From: Coniocarpon cinnabarinum
Lineage: Eukaryota
Direction of reading: 5' to 3'
DNA: 25,717 bases
NCBI GenBank assembly: GCA_051942205.1
Contig: JAVECO010000033.1
Coordinates: forward strand, 124,001-149,717
Shown in pieces: positions 1-10,734 of this stretch. A program made the position numbers and the translations under genes. Under the pieces are notes generated by a model. The model was given only the letters and a program-made list of their open reading frames with translations, was not told the DNA's origin and searched no databases. Every line of letters begins with the position of its first letter. The stretch's first letter is position 1.

Positions 1-165
1 CAACGAGACAGAAGTCGCAGAGGTTGAGACTGTTCTGGCGGCAGATAGATTAGACCGAAGGTCTGATGGTCCGGTCGTCGAAGTGGATGAGCCATTGAGC
101 GCGCTGCGCTGGTCACGGTCGCGGTCGCGATGGGCAAGATCTGAGACGAGGGTAGAAAAAGACAT
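1..165 (-). CDS. HEM2: 5' end of probable delta-aminolevulinic acid dehydratase (porphobilinogen synthase); runs off the left edge of the window
   Basis: Not in the ORF track. ATG at 165 opens a frame reading MSFSTLVSDLAHRDRDRDQRSALNGSSTSTTGPSDLRSNLSAARTVSTSATSVSL to the window edge. This matches my recollection of the Pezizomycotina ALAD N-terminal extension (MSFxxLVSD(L/I)AxRD...S(T/A)ATSVS(I/L)SGDISSQLH). The catalytic domain lies outside the window. Confidence 0.7.
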   Translation of the reverse strand, partial: MSFSTLVSDLAHRDRDRDQRSALNGSSTSTTGPSDLRSNLSAARTVSTSATSVSL

Positions 166-685
166 GCTTAATGTGCCTGGCGAGGGAAGCGCAGGGTGAA
201 GAACCTAGGCTTTGGGGAAAGTTCTAGACGTCTGTCAGCAGATACAGATATCGCGTATACTTTCCCGCCGCCGGATTGGGGTGAAAGCGCATGTATAGAC
301 GAGCAAGAAGGTCAAACAATGCATTCGAGGCCATCCATTACAATGACGTCGCCGGCAGCCTCGCAGCGATTGACCAATCACAGAGCAAAGATTATCAATC
401 TACCCAACTGCTTTGCGGCAGGGTGCTTACACAATCGTGGGCATCCATGCAAGCAAGACGTCTCTGGGTGCTTGTCGTGAGGGCAAGGTCACTTGCACCT
501 CACGAAGCACTAGATAGCGTCGCGGCAAGCACCCTCTTTTCGGAGGACTGCCGAAGGATGTGACCGTCAGATCAGTCGTAACCTTGGGGCATTGAATGGA
601 GTACTAGGTGGATTATCATAGGTATATCGCGTTCATGCAGTCGTCTCCACGACACCTCATACCAGCTCTGACCATGCTTGAATAG

Positions 686-3475
686 TCATCGATGACCGAA
701 GAGGTCTAAGACATCCTCTTCCCCTTCCCCCCCTTCTCTATCGCTAGACCATGATATCGCTCCCTCTTCTTCTTCGTCATCTTCGTCCCCTTCCTCCTCG
801 TCTTCATCAGCTTCAGAGTCTTCAAGACTACCATCCTCCTCCTCATCGTGGCCGTTTTCTTTCTCAGCAGCATCAGACCCCTCGGCAGTGTCGGAACTTG
901 CATGAATACTAAAGCTGCCAAACCTCCGCGCCAGATAGTTGCGTGGGTGCAAGTTCCAAATACTTGCTGAACTCGCGCCTAGCTGATCTTCAGGGACTGA
1001 AGCAGAATGTAATACTGCCGTGTCAACGCTCCTCGACCTATTGAAAATATTTGAATTGGCAAAGCGCCACTGTCGAGGGTCAATGGCCCAGCCAGAGCCT
1101 GCATCGGGGGAGACCATCTGCTCAACAGGATCCGCATTTTCGGACTCCCCTTGACGGTCTTGAAAGAAACGTGGACCCCACGCACGGGGATCCCAAGAAA
1201 TGCGTCGAGCAAAGGAAGCATCGAGGTTGTCGTCAGCAGCATCTTCAAGGACTAGTTCGTCGTCTGACAATGCCGTATCACCGGGAGAAGGATCACCTCC
1301 AAACAGCCCAACTGGGCTACCTAATCGCCATTGCCGAGGATCAAGTCCCCAACCACGGCCCTCATGATCTCCTTCAACTCTCTGACTACTCTCTTCGCCT
1401 GCAGGAGTCATGAGAGGACTTCTCCATCCACTAGGCATTCTTGGCATCGAGACAGACGGCATCCGTGGCAGACTAGGCATTGCAGGCATGGGCGGCAGGT
1501 TTGGCATTTGAGGCATCTGCGGCATTGATGGTAAGTGTGGCATGCTGGGCATGTACTCACTTGCGTTGATGCCAGCGCCCCAGAAGCCCATCTCATCTTC
1601 AGTCTCAGAATAGATGCTGGCAGGTAGTGAAACCGAAGAATCGGAATATCGTCTGGCCATGTTCACTACTGGACGTTGATCCGGACTCAGCGGGGAGGGC
1701 GGGGACGGGAGAGTCGCAGTGCTTTGCAGGTAACGCACAGGCGCCTCTTGCACACGCTCAGGGGTTACACGTCTCCCGAACTCGTCATCAGCAGACGGCG
1801 CGAGGTCGCTGGGCGAATCTTGTAAGTCAATGAGTCCATGCTCTCCCGTTGTCTGACCATGGCCATGGGACGCGGTACCCGTCAACGCGTCACCTGCTGG
1901 GTGTGGAAGACCAGCTGCTTGGGCAAGCTCGTGTTGTTCTGCCTCGATTGAAGAATCGTCCGTGTGGCCATGCCTGGGCTCATTGATCAAATCGATTTGA
2001 TTGGTGTTGTAGCTATCACACACGCGGCACTTATTTCCCAACCAATGGAAAGGCACATGGCTGCGCATATGGCAATCGTTGCATGTGATTAGTGCCTGCG
2101 TCTCTCGATACTGTTCTGGCATAGGCTGTGAGTCAAGACATTCGTCCATTTTGCGCCATTGCAGCTCCATGTTGACTGCGCTGCGACTGCAAATGGGACA
2201 TTTGTATGTTGTGTTCATGAGGTCGTCGTAGCAACTGCGATGTATGTAGTGCCCACATTTCATTGCAACTACCGCTATAGCCGAAGTGAACATGTAGTCG
2301 CCACAGATGGGACAATCGCACTCAGTGGCTCGCTCTACGCAGTGGTGGTCTTCTGCATGTTGGATGCTAACGCAAACATTGCACCTGGAACAGTGAACGT
2401 AGTCTTTGCCCAAGCCTTCTCCTCTGCGACAAATGCCACAATCAGGGCAATGGTATATTGTCTTTGTCGGATCGTTATCCCAGAGCTTGCAGACTTCGCA
2501 GTAGTAGCAAGCAGTCTGCTCTTCACATTGCCGACAGCATCCTGCAGCGCGTTGAGGTAATCCGCAGAGCATGCACAAAATATTCCGTATATTCTTTCTG
2601 ATCAGATAGTGATCTTCCACAGCATCATGACAGTGTCGGCACGTGTAAAAGCGATCACATTGTGGGCATTGCACCTTGATATTTCGCATATAATGCTCAC
2701 ATCCCAAAGGTGGTCCATCAGAGTCATCATCGCTGTCCTGAGTGTCATGGACAATTTGCGTGTGATTTTCGTGAGGATAGTACGTAGGCTCAAGCTCCGT
2801 AGAGTCTAATGGCCGAAACATAGGGAGCCCGGAGCTCGAAGTGCTTGAGCTTCGTGACGTGCTGTGGGAATCATTTGGTGTCCGTTGGTCTGAGGACCGG
2901 CCCCTGATCTTGGAATGCTTGTCATCTTGATCGTGTTGCTTCGTTTGCAGCTTCCGATACTCTGCTGTGATCAGCATGTGCATCCTTTGCGCCTGTTCAG
3001 TTGCAGAAATTGCCATCTCTCGGACTTGGTGCATCTGTTGCCGTAATTGCTGCATGCCATCGTCGGTAGGCAGGGAGCTTGCAACACTTGCTGGTGTGCC
3101 GTTGCGAGAAGGTAGCTCATCATTTCGTAACAATCCGACTCTTGCTGTGCTCGTGTCTGAGCGATTGCGCAAAGTAGACTGTGGAGACGGTTCATATGGG
3201 ATCAAGAGAGGTTCGGTCACAGCGAGTGACTGGTGAGCCATGTGATGAGTGTTGTCTTGATCGAAAGAGCTGTTTGAACTATAACGTCTATCCTCCGCTG
3301 AAGGCTGTCTGCTGCGATCATCTCTTTCTGTATGGGCAACAACGCTGGTTCCAGATGGAGGATTCACATTTGTAAAAGCCGGCAGGGCTTCGGGGTTTTG
3401 GCGATATCTTGAAGGCAAGAGATCACTCTCCTCATTATCAGTATGTATTTCGTCGGCTTCTCGCTCCGTATTCAT
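686..3475 (-). CDS. CHY zinc finger / CTCHY / RING-H2 / zinc-ribbon E3 ubiquitin ligase (Pirh2/RCHY1 family), 929 aa, apparently intronless
   Basis: CHY: GCEHYMRNIKVQCPQCDRFYTCRHCHD. CTCHY: YYCEVCKLWD..IYHCPDCGICRRG. RING-H2: CPICGDYMF..MKCGHYIHRSC..YKCPIC. Zinc ribbon: CNDC..FHWLGNKCRVCDSYNT. Acidic tail ending DLFGHR. Confidence 0.93.
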   Translation of the reverse strand: MNTEREADEIHTDNEESDLLPSRYRQNPEALPAFTNVNPPSGTSVVAHTERDDRSRQPSAEDRRYSSNSSFDQDNTHHMAHQSLAVTEPLLIPYEPSPQSTLRNRSDTSTARVGLLRNDELPSRNGTPASVASSLPTDDGMQQLRQQMHQVREMAISATEQAQRMHMLITAEYRKLQTKQHDQDDKHSKIRGRSSDQRTPNDSHSTSRSSSTSSSGLPMFRPLDSTELEPTYYPHENHTQIVHDTQDSDDDSDGPPLGCEHYMRNIKVQCPQCDRFYTCRHCHDAVEDHYLIRKNIRNILCMLCGLPQRAAGCCRQCEEQTACYYCEVCKLWDNDPTKTIYHCPDCGICRRGEGLGKDYVHCSRCNVCVSIQHAEDHHCVERATECDCPICGDYMFTSAIAVVAMKCGHYIHRSCYDDLMNTTYKCPICSRSAVNMELQWRKMDECLDSQPMPEQYRETQALITCNDCHMRSHVPFHWLGNKCRVCDSYNTNQIDLINEPRHGHTDDSSIEAEQHELAQAAGLPHPAGDALTGTASHGHGQTTGEHGLIDLQDSPSDLAPSADDEFGRRVTPERVQEAPVRYLQSTATLPSPPSPLSPDQRPVVNMARRYSDSSVSLPASIYSETEDEMGFWGAGINASEYMPSMPHLPSMPQMPQMPNLPPMPAMPSLPRMPSVSMPRMPSGWRSPLMTPAGEESSQRVEGDHEGRGWGLDPRQWRLGSPVGLFGGDPSPGDTALSDDELVLEDAADDNLDASFARRISWDPRAWGPRFFQDRQGESENADPVEQMVSPDAGSGWAIDPRQWRFANSNIFNRSRSVDTAVLHSASVPEDQLGASSASIWNLHPRNYLARRFGSFSIHASSDTAEGSDAAEKENGHDEEEDGSLEDSEADEDEEEGDEDDEEEEGAISWSSDREGGEGEEDVLDLFGHR

Positions 3476-4424
3476 GCTGCCGTGAGCCGTCGCAAGCGTT
3501 TCAAGGAAGTTCCTAGATGCTTTCTAGGGTCCGCTAGGGGTCTGCCGTCCGTATGCATGTCTGCGAGCGGCAAGCGATCCTTCGATAGCCTTGAGGGATT
3601 GATGAGTCCCCTTGAAGCTTGGGCTTCAGTAGGAAAAGTGGGTAAAGTGAGTGTATTTGAGGCAGGCAGCATGTTGGAATGTAGGACTAACGTTTGATCA
3701 CAAGATTGCTGTGCGCTTTGACATGTGAAAGTCTTGAAATTTCCGCATGTGGAAGTAAGCTTCGTACTCTCCTGTTTGAAGAGTAACAGTATCACAAACG
3801 CTTCTTACGCGCGCGCGAATCACGACTAGCATGGGTGCACAACCTCATACTCTATTGTTCCATCGATTCATCGTCGACTAGGTCCTACATCCTCGTAGAT
3901 CGACGTCAGAAACACCGAACACGACTATCCAAATGACTTGCATATTTGTACACACAGACGTGCCTCACTTGACGTGTTGAGGCGTGATTTGCGTAGCCAC
4001 GAGCCACGACAGTAAAAAGGGTTTTCCTCGAAACCGCTCCGAAACTCCGCTGAAGTCCTCATCCGGGGGTCGACCCGCCCATGTCTGCACTGCTCCTCCC
4101 TTCGAGCTAACCGCTGACAGCTCAAGTGACCTTTCAACATTCGTAAAGGCCCTGTACTACTCAGCACGCCGGAATACCGGGATTGCTAGACAGCAGTCAT
4201 AATACTGTGCTTCGAGAGTCGATCGTCTTCTCTTTTCAGAAGGCTTTGAGCTCAAGGCAAAAGGAACGACGAAGCCGGATCGACTCTGGTAGGTATAGTG
4301 ACAACCGATCCAGCTCAAAGGAACCGTTGATGGTGAAATTATATTCTTGGCACGCCGTGTAGAGAATTGAATTCGTATAATACTCATGAATGCAAACGCT
4401 GCAAAAAAACATTAAATGATTCTT

Positions 4425-6945
4425 TCATGAACTCACGCCAGCTAGACGCCCTGTTGTGGCAACCGACTCTGCGTTTAAGCCACCGCCATGTTCTGCGTTA
4501 AATTTGTTGATCTGCTTGGCGTAGTTGGGATCGCGCAAAAACTTCGGGACAGAGTCGCTGGCCATTAGTTTGAACACGGATGTCTGGGCTTGGTCGTAAA
4601 GCTGAATGACCTCTTTGACCGTCTGCAAGAGCTCAATGTCTGGAAGTTCAAATCTGGTCATGCGGCTGACAAGCGCGTTGCGCAGAGTGTGGTCGATGTT
4701 CAGCTCGCAAGGGGAGCCCGGAGCCAAGAAGGCATTGTATAAATCTGGAAAACGGTTAGCATTACAGACGACCTACGGATGCCAGACAAATAAACGTACC
4801 ATACGCTGCAGCTAGTGTTTCCCGGACTGTGTCGAGTGGAGGAGAGTCCATGGAAGCCTTTTGCCTGCGCAAAGTACCAGTCCACCGACCCAGGAAATCC
4901 TTAACTTCCAGGTAGAATATTAGATTCTCCTCGCAATGCGTTTCCTTCAGATACTCTCTGAATAAAAGTCGCAGCGAGGGTGTCTGTACGATGAAAAGCA
5001 TGCGATTCGTATTGGAGTCCCTAAAGTTCCCGGCTGGTGAACGGTCCCGAGCGTCAGTCGGGGAGGGTTTGCGATCTGGTATCCAGCCTGCAACCGTCTG
5101 GCCGCGCTCTGTCATTTTGTAAATGCTGCCACGAGAATTGTTTGGACGGCCATTTGCTCTGCCCGAGGGTGATGTCTTGTCTTCTTGTATCACTCTGATA
5201 AAATCATGGTCGCAGAGCAGGTTGATGATCTCGTATGCTTCACGCACGTCCACCATCGTGCAGCAATTCATGAGCCAGTCGATTGCTGCTCGCTGTGAGA
5301 AAGTGTACTGATGGTACTTGTTGGCAATCTTGCGATCCCGATGCATCCGCACCCCAATGTTGCCGTCGGAGTCGAACGAATTCTCCGAGTCGGAGCTATA
5401 GTCTTTGGAGGGAACGTTGGGATGTGGTCCAGTGAATCGTCGAAAGATAACATTGATAGTTTGTGTGTCGCGATTAAGTTGATCTGTCTCTGGCTCACGT
5501 TCAAGCACAAGAAGATTCATCTTGTTGCGAGGAGAGTCGAGAACATCAAAAACATGACGCTCTGAAACGCCATTGCGGTGTGCGAAATTCTCTAACAGCT
5601 TGATGCCTTTGGACGTAAGCTGCCATATTGAATCAGCTGTAGAGAACTCGACCTTGCCCTCAATGGACTCGACGAGCCTTGCGGCAAGGAATTTGTTACA
5701 AAGCGACCGAGCCATTGGTGCGACCATGGAGAATGTGGTGGCGATTTTAGTGGTCACCATGACATTGGGATCGTTAGGAGAAGGACGGCGGTTCGACTGG
5801 GTGAATCTGAGATTGCCTAAGTGATTAAGAGCCTCGCTCGTGGTAAAGGTCTGAGGATAGCGTGTCAAGCGATGGCGATGCGTTCCGAGAGGTAGTGCTA
5901 CCATGAGGGTGCAGAATAGATCCTGGAAATCCTGCTGTCTGTCAGCTTCAATGACCTCATCAGGCTACATTTTCATTGAGCCGTGAGAGTCGAGACATGC
6001 AAAGGGCAAATGCGTTGAGGTGCGGGAGTTCCTGCAATGTGGCGGTTCTACAGCGCTTTAAGTCCAGGCTTCCCTGTGCTCTGGACGGACTGCTTAGTGT
6101 GGAGGCTTTGTGTCCTTTACGTGGATAGAAGTCCTGGAAGGGTGTTGGTTGTCACGCACGCGTCGTCACATACAGAAGTATTCATGGACTCCCATACTGG
6201 TGGTGGGACCATAACAAGCACGGACGATGCCGACCGCGTGCTGCCAGTGATGCTTGTGTCAATATCCGTGACTACGTCCTGAGAAACGATCCATGATGAG
6301 GAGCTTTCCTGACTAGAGGGATGTTCGACAGGTTCACGTAAGAGTTGTCTTCCCCGTTCCCCAAATGTTCTTGCTCTTGCATATTGAATCATTTCCTGTG
6401 GCTGGGGATCCTCGGTGCCATCCGGTCCATTGGTGTCTCGCAACAGTTCGCATGCCGCGATGCTCTCCTCTCTGATTTGCATCTGATGTAATAGCGGCGT
6501 CCGCGCGCACAGCAGTCGGTGCTGACTTGTGTCGAATGGTGGTGCTTCGTGGCCAGGCGCGAACGGAATGACGCCTCGCAGGGAGGGGAGAGAAGGCAGA
6601 GAACAGGCTTGAGATCGTTTGGAGGTGCCAGAGCGAAGTAACTTTATTCACCTTGCCCAAGCGAGACCCTTGAGAGCCGCACCTGGTTCCTAGGCAACGC
6701 TCTGTTGAAATGAGATGAAAGCATCTCATCTCATCTCGTCTTCGCCCACCCCGGAATGCCGCTCAAGCCTTCAACCAGACATCCTGACCGTTGTTCACGC
6801 GCAAATCATGTCTTCGACTCTCACTCTCATGCTCTGAGAGATCGTGTGGCACGCAGCAGACGGGAGGAAAATGGGAGTGGCTTACCTTGGTGAAGGGTCT
6901 GTCGTCGTCCGTCCATCGCAGGATTCTGAACGAAGACTGATGCAT
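4425..6945 (-). CDS. flbA: Regulator of G-protein signalling, FlbA/Sst2 family (DEP-DEP-RGS); exons 6945-6886, 5931-4800, 4744-4425; ~503 aa
   Basis: Exon 1 MHQSSFRILRWTDDDRPFTK splices (GTAAGC...GCTGAC...CAG) in frame to DFQDLFCTLMVALPL. RGS domain: LRLLFREYLKETHCEENLIFYLEV...LAAAY|DLYNAFLAPGSPCELNIDH...FKLMASDSVPKF. Intron 2 is 4799-4745 (GTACGT...GCTAAC...CAG). Summed exon length of 1512 nt is divisible by 3. Confidence 0.93.
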
Positions 6946-9900
6946 GGCGGAGATGCCGGGGAGTCGTCCGACTCGGAGGTGGAGGGCAGAAGCGTCGTCG
7001 AGGAGGCAAGTCGAGGAGGATCGTCGCCCTTGGGAGAAGCTGTGACTTGCGGGGCTGAGCTTGGCACACCCGCGCGCTGTGGCTTTCGGTGCCCACAATC
7101 AGGCAGACTGGTCGAGAGGGGACCCAGATGGCCTTCTACTGAGGCTCCGGAGGCACGACAGCCACGCTGCAGACCAATGTGAGGGCGCCGTCGAGGTCAA
7201 CAGGCATCGGCGCGAACAAGAAAAAGTCGAGACGAAGACGGGCGCAGGTCGCCTTTGAGTTTGGCCAGCGCTAAGGCGGGCGGACGACGGGGTGGCTCGT
7301 CGAGCAGAGAGGGCGCGCGGCCGCGTGAAGGGTCCAGGAAAGGAGCACGACAGGCAGCAAGAGGAGGGTGAGTGAACAAGAAAAGGGCAGTGGATGGGCG
7401 AGGGAGCGTGGGCAGTGTGGATTACGTCTGCCGAAGGGTATGGGAGTCACGACCTTTAAAACACGGCATTACAGATGACCACACCCCACAGCGCGAAGTC
7501 AGTGGTCAGTGGGCAGTGGGCAGTGAGCGACGGATCGTTCCACTCGCTCGTGCGTGCCCTTGGCTGCCACATGGTCCACGCGACGTGAGAATTGGCACGC
7601 TGCGCTACCGGTGGTGCCTCGACAGCCTGACGACAGAATCCATTGCCGGCCTGCCTGCCCGCCCTCGCCAATCACCGCCCTCGTCGCACTCTCTCACCAC
7701 GCACACGCACCACGGCGAGCGTTGAGGAATGCCCGGCACCCATCCCTGCCCGACAGGCCTCCTCGACGCCCTTCCCTCGCACCGCCATGCTTCCTCACGC
7801 TCACATAGCTGCACCTTTCGCCCCTCTCATCCACCGGGGACCACCATGCAGGACTGACTCGACACTGGACACAGAGCGGCCAAGGCTCTGGGCGTGATTC
7901 AAGCAGTCTGCGACGCTTGCCGCCTTGCATTATCCCGCGAGAGTCATGGCGGCGACTCCGGCGTCTATTCGCACGTGCGCGAGAATGAAACGCGCGGACT
8001 TTGTGGCCTCCTTTGCGCGTTGGCCTCTCTCGGACGAGGGACAGTTTCAGGATTGGTGTAGGTCCCCGCCAGCAAATTGCGATGATCGACCAAGCGCTTA
8101 CGGTTACACTCTGCTCTCACGAGATGATGCTCTGAAATGAAGCGTGATGGAGCACACATTCCCAAAAGTCGCAAGGGGAGCTTGCGAATCAAGGTTTGTG
8201 CTCAGGCAGACCCGCACAACACTCGGCCGCAGAACATGTCTGAACTCGGCTCCATGTTGAAGTTGCATGAGCATTTCGGCAATCTCTTCTTCCCTTCACA
8301 ACGCTTGCAGGAGAGCGGCATCGAGGGTGCGAGATTGCTCAACAGTCCCCCCTAGGGCAATCTCAGCAGTTGCTCACTCCGAGTCAACCACCGACTATAT
8401 TTACCTCGCGCCCGTCAGCAAGTCCACGGATTTTACCAACGGTGGTGGCCACCTTCTTTCCCAAATCGTGCCTCTTCGATTCCGCCTTCCGCCTTGCCGC
8501 GTTCGAACCGACCCGATGAGGCTTTGCTCGGCCTTCTCACCTGACGGCTTGCGGAAAGCACTGAATACAGATATCCGCGACACATGGCCGCACGGTCGTT
8601 GTCTTAACGCCTTTTCCTTAGCGAGCTCCCCTTTTCACAGTCATGGACCACATTCCCTTTCGTGAAGTAATATCCTCCTGGGTCCTTGCTTTTGGCCCAT
8701 GAGAGACATTTGCTGCTACACATGAGCTCCACAGCGGCACATGCAAGCTCGTCAGCCAAGTTGTCTATACTATTTCCGACGCTTTGGCCATGTAAAATTC
8801 TAACGCTGACTCGGGGATCGCACAGCCATTCTGAGAGGCTTGGGATCGAGTTGGCTGATATTGCGGTATACCAATGCTCGCTCCCTTGAGTTTGAAGTCT
8901 ACATTTAGACCTATGGAGGAGCTTCGAATCTCCTCAAAATGTGCGGTGGCACTGGCTTGCAACCCTGAGTTCGAACGCCTCCCAATGCGCAGCAGTGTTC
9001 GCCAGATTCATGCAGCCATGGGAAGTATCATCTCGTCATATCTATCATTGCGCGAAGTTGTAAAGCTCGAATGCGCGCAGCATAACCTTCGATTGGCGAT
9101 CTTTGGACCAGCGTTTGCGCCTTTCCGTAAGATACGGAGTACAGGAACGCCATCAGGCCCAATGACAACTATTATTAGCGCTCGAAGCGATAAAGCGTGA
9201 CTGTCGCTCGTTGTTTCTCGCTGGGAAAGTAAGAGGAAAAGTACAATGCCACACTACATTTAATCTCTGATGTCCAGCTATCGGATTTGGCATCTGCTGC
9301 CACCATCTGTTGTCCACAACGAATTTGGAGCGCCCGTCAGGAATACGAAGTATCACGGCTTCGATGTCAGAATAGAATCTACCACTTGGTGGCCGCCGCT
9401 ACACCTCGCGAAGCTTAGCTTTATTGACATCTCACTCGCCACCTGCAACGCAAAAGCTTGGCCTGTGGCACCCGGTCTGTGTTATTTTCTGATGTGGAAA
9501 CTATTTACGTCTTTTGGCGGCCCACAGAGCTAGAGTGAGCAGTGGATGGAGACCGTTTCTCAAAGGCCAATCGTGGATGTCCGAATGCTTTTACCTTAGC
9601 TTTAGGCAGGAAACGCTGCAACGTGAACTTTGCCCGTCAACCGCCGGCATGGGAGCGTCGCATCGCATGATCGTGCTTCCTTAGTCCCTTGTATGCATGA
9701 AGAGGATTCAATTGTTTTGTGTTGACACCAAATTTATGACAATCATGGTCTCGGTCTCGGGAAGTCATCGAACATGCGAGCCTAGATTGCCCGGTGCGTC
9801 TGCTTGGACAAGGGCAGAGATACTTATATGCACGCCCGTTGAGGCAAGCCTGTCGGTATTGACTCAACACAATTCTAGATAATGCCAGCCGGGTCTAGAC

Positions 9901-10734
9901 ATATCTGGACATTTCACTAAGCTTCCTGGTCTGCAATGTATGCTTGGTCTATACGTGAATGGACGCTCTGCATAATTTGCTGTCCCACTGATCGAGACAA
10001 TGGCTAACATACCTAAGATCGAAATCGTTATGGGAGGGCTCGAAGTGTGAGGTGAGGGCAGCGTATGACGTCCAAAGGAGGCTCGCAGGTCTACAAGGGA
10101 CTGTTGGAAACGCTACCTGCCGACGTGCCCCTGCGTTGCGCTGCCTTGTGTCAAGCCACTTGCTGAGTGACTTGCCACTTGGCTTGTTGCACCGCAGCTA
10201 GGCAATCGACCAGCGAGACGCTCTGAGACGTTTGCCACGTGTGGTGTGGGATGCACAAGTGCCTGCGCGGCCGCTGGCTGATCTACGCTATCCTTGCATA
10301 GCGCAGCTGACGACAGAAACCGCGCACGCCGATCTTGGCGTGCAATCAATTGCATGCCTGGAGGTTCCATGGGATGCGTTGTGTGCTTGTCGGCATCTGA
10401 GCTGGCAAATGCTTGTCTGAAGGCCGATGCGTCACGTGATATTGTGACATGCCCTGCCGATTCGAGTACTCGTTTAATTGTGAGCCTGAGAAGCGAGGTA
10501 ACTATTCCGAGATTTGCCGAGGTCACACGCGTTCTCGTTCCCTAAGCGCGTCTCTTCAGCTCCATTGAATCCGCACCGAAGTTCCTCTGAGTCTCACATT
10601 CTAATCTGAGCTTACGATTGATATCACAGCCTTGCTCGCACTTGCCTCCAGTCGTTTTGAAAGATTCAGCCGCAACTCCGGTCGCGTCTCGTTGCAGTCG
10701 TCAGTCACCTCCCTCGCTGTCAGCGAAACGAGAA

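Noticed and set aside
6946..7098. In-frame upstream extension of flbA exon 1 (ORF 6763..7098)
   Set aside because: It has no ATG, the ATG at 6945 has good context (GCCATG), and similarity to the family begins there.
8916..8935. Hairpin GAGGAG-cTTCGAAT-CTCCTC resembling a tRNA T-arm
   Set aside because: It lacks the GTTC consensus, and no acceptor, D or anticodon arms could be built.
7100..10600. Scattered BrlA/AbaA/Ste12-like sites (MRAGGGR, CATTCY, TGAAAC) upstream of flbA
   Set aside because: Short motifs with no clear clustering, indistinguishable from chance by eye.
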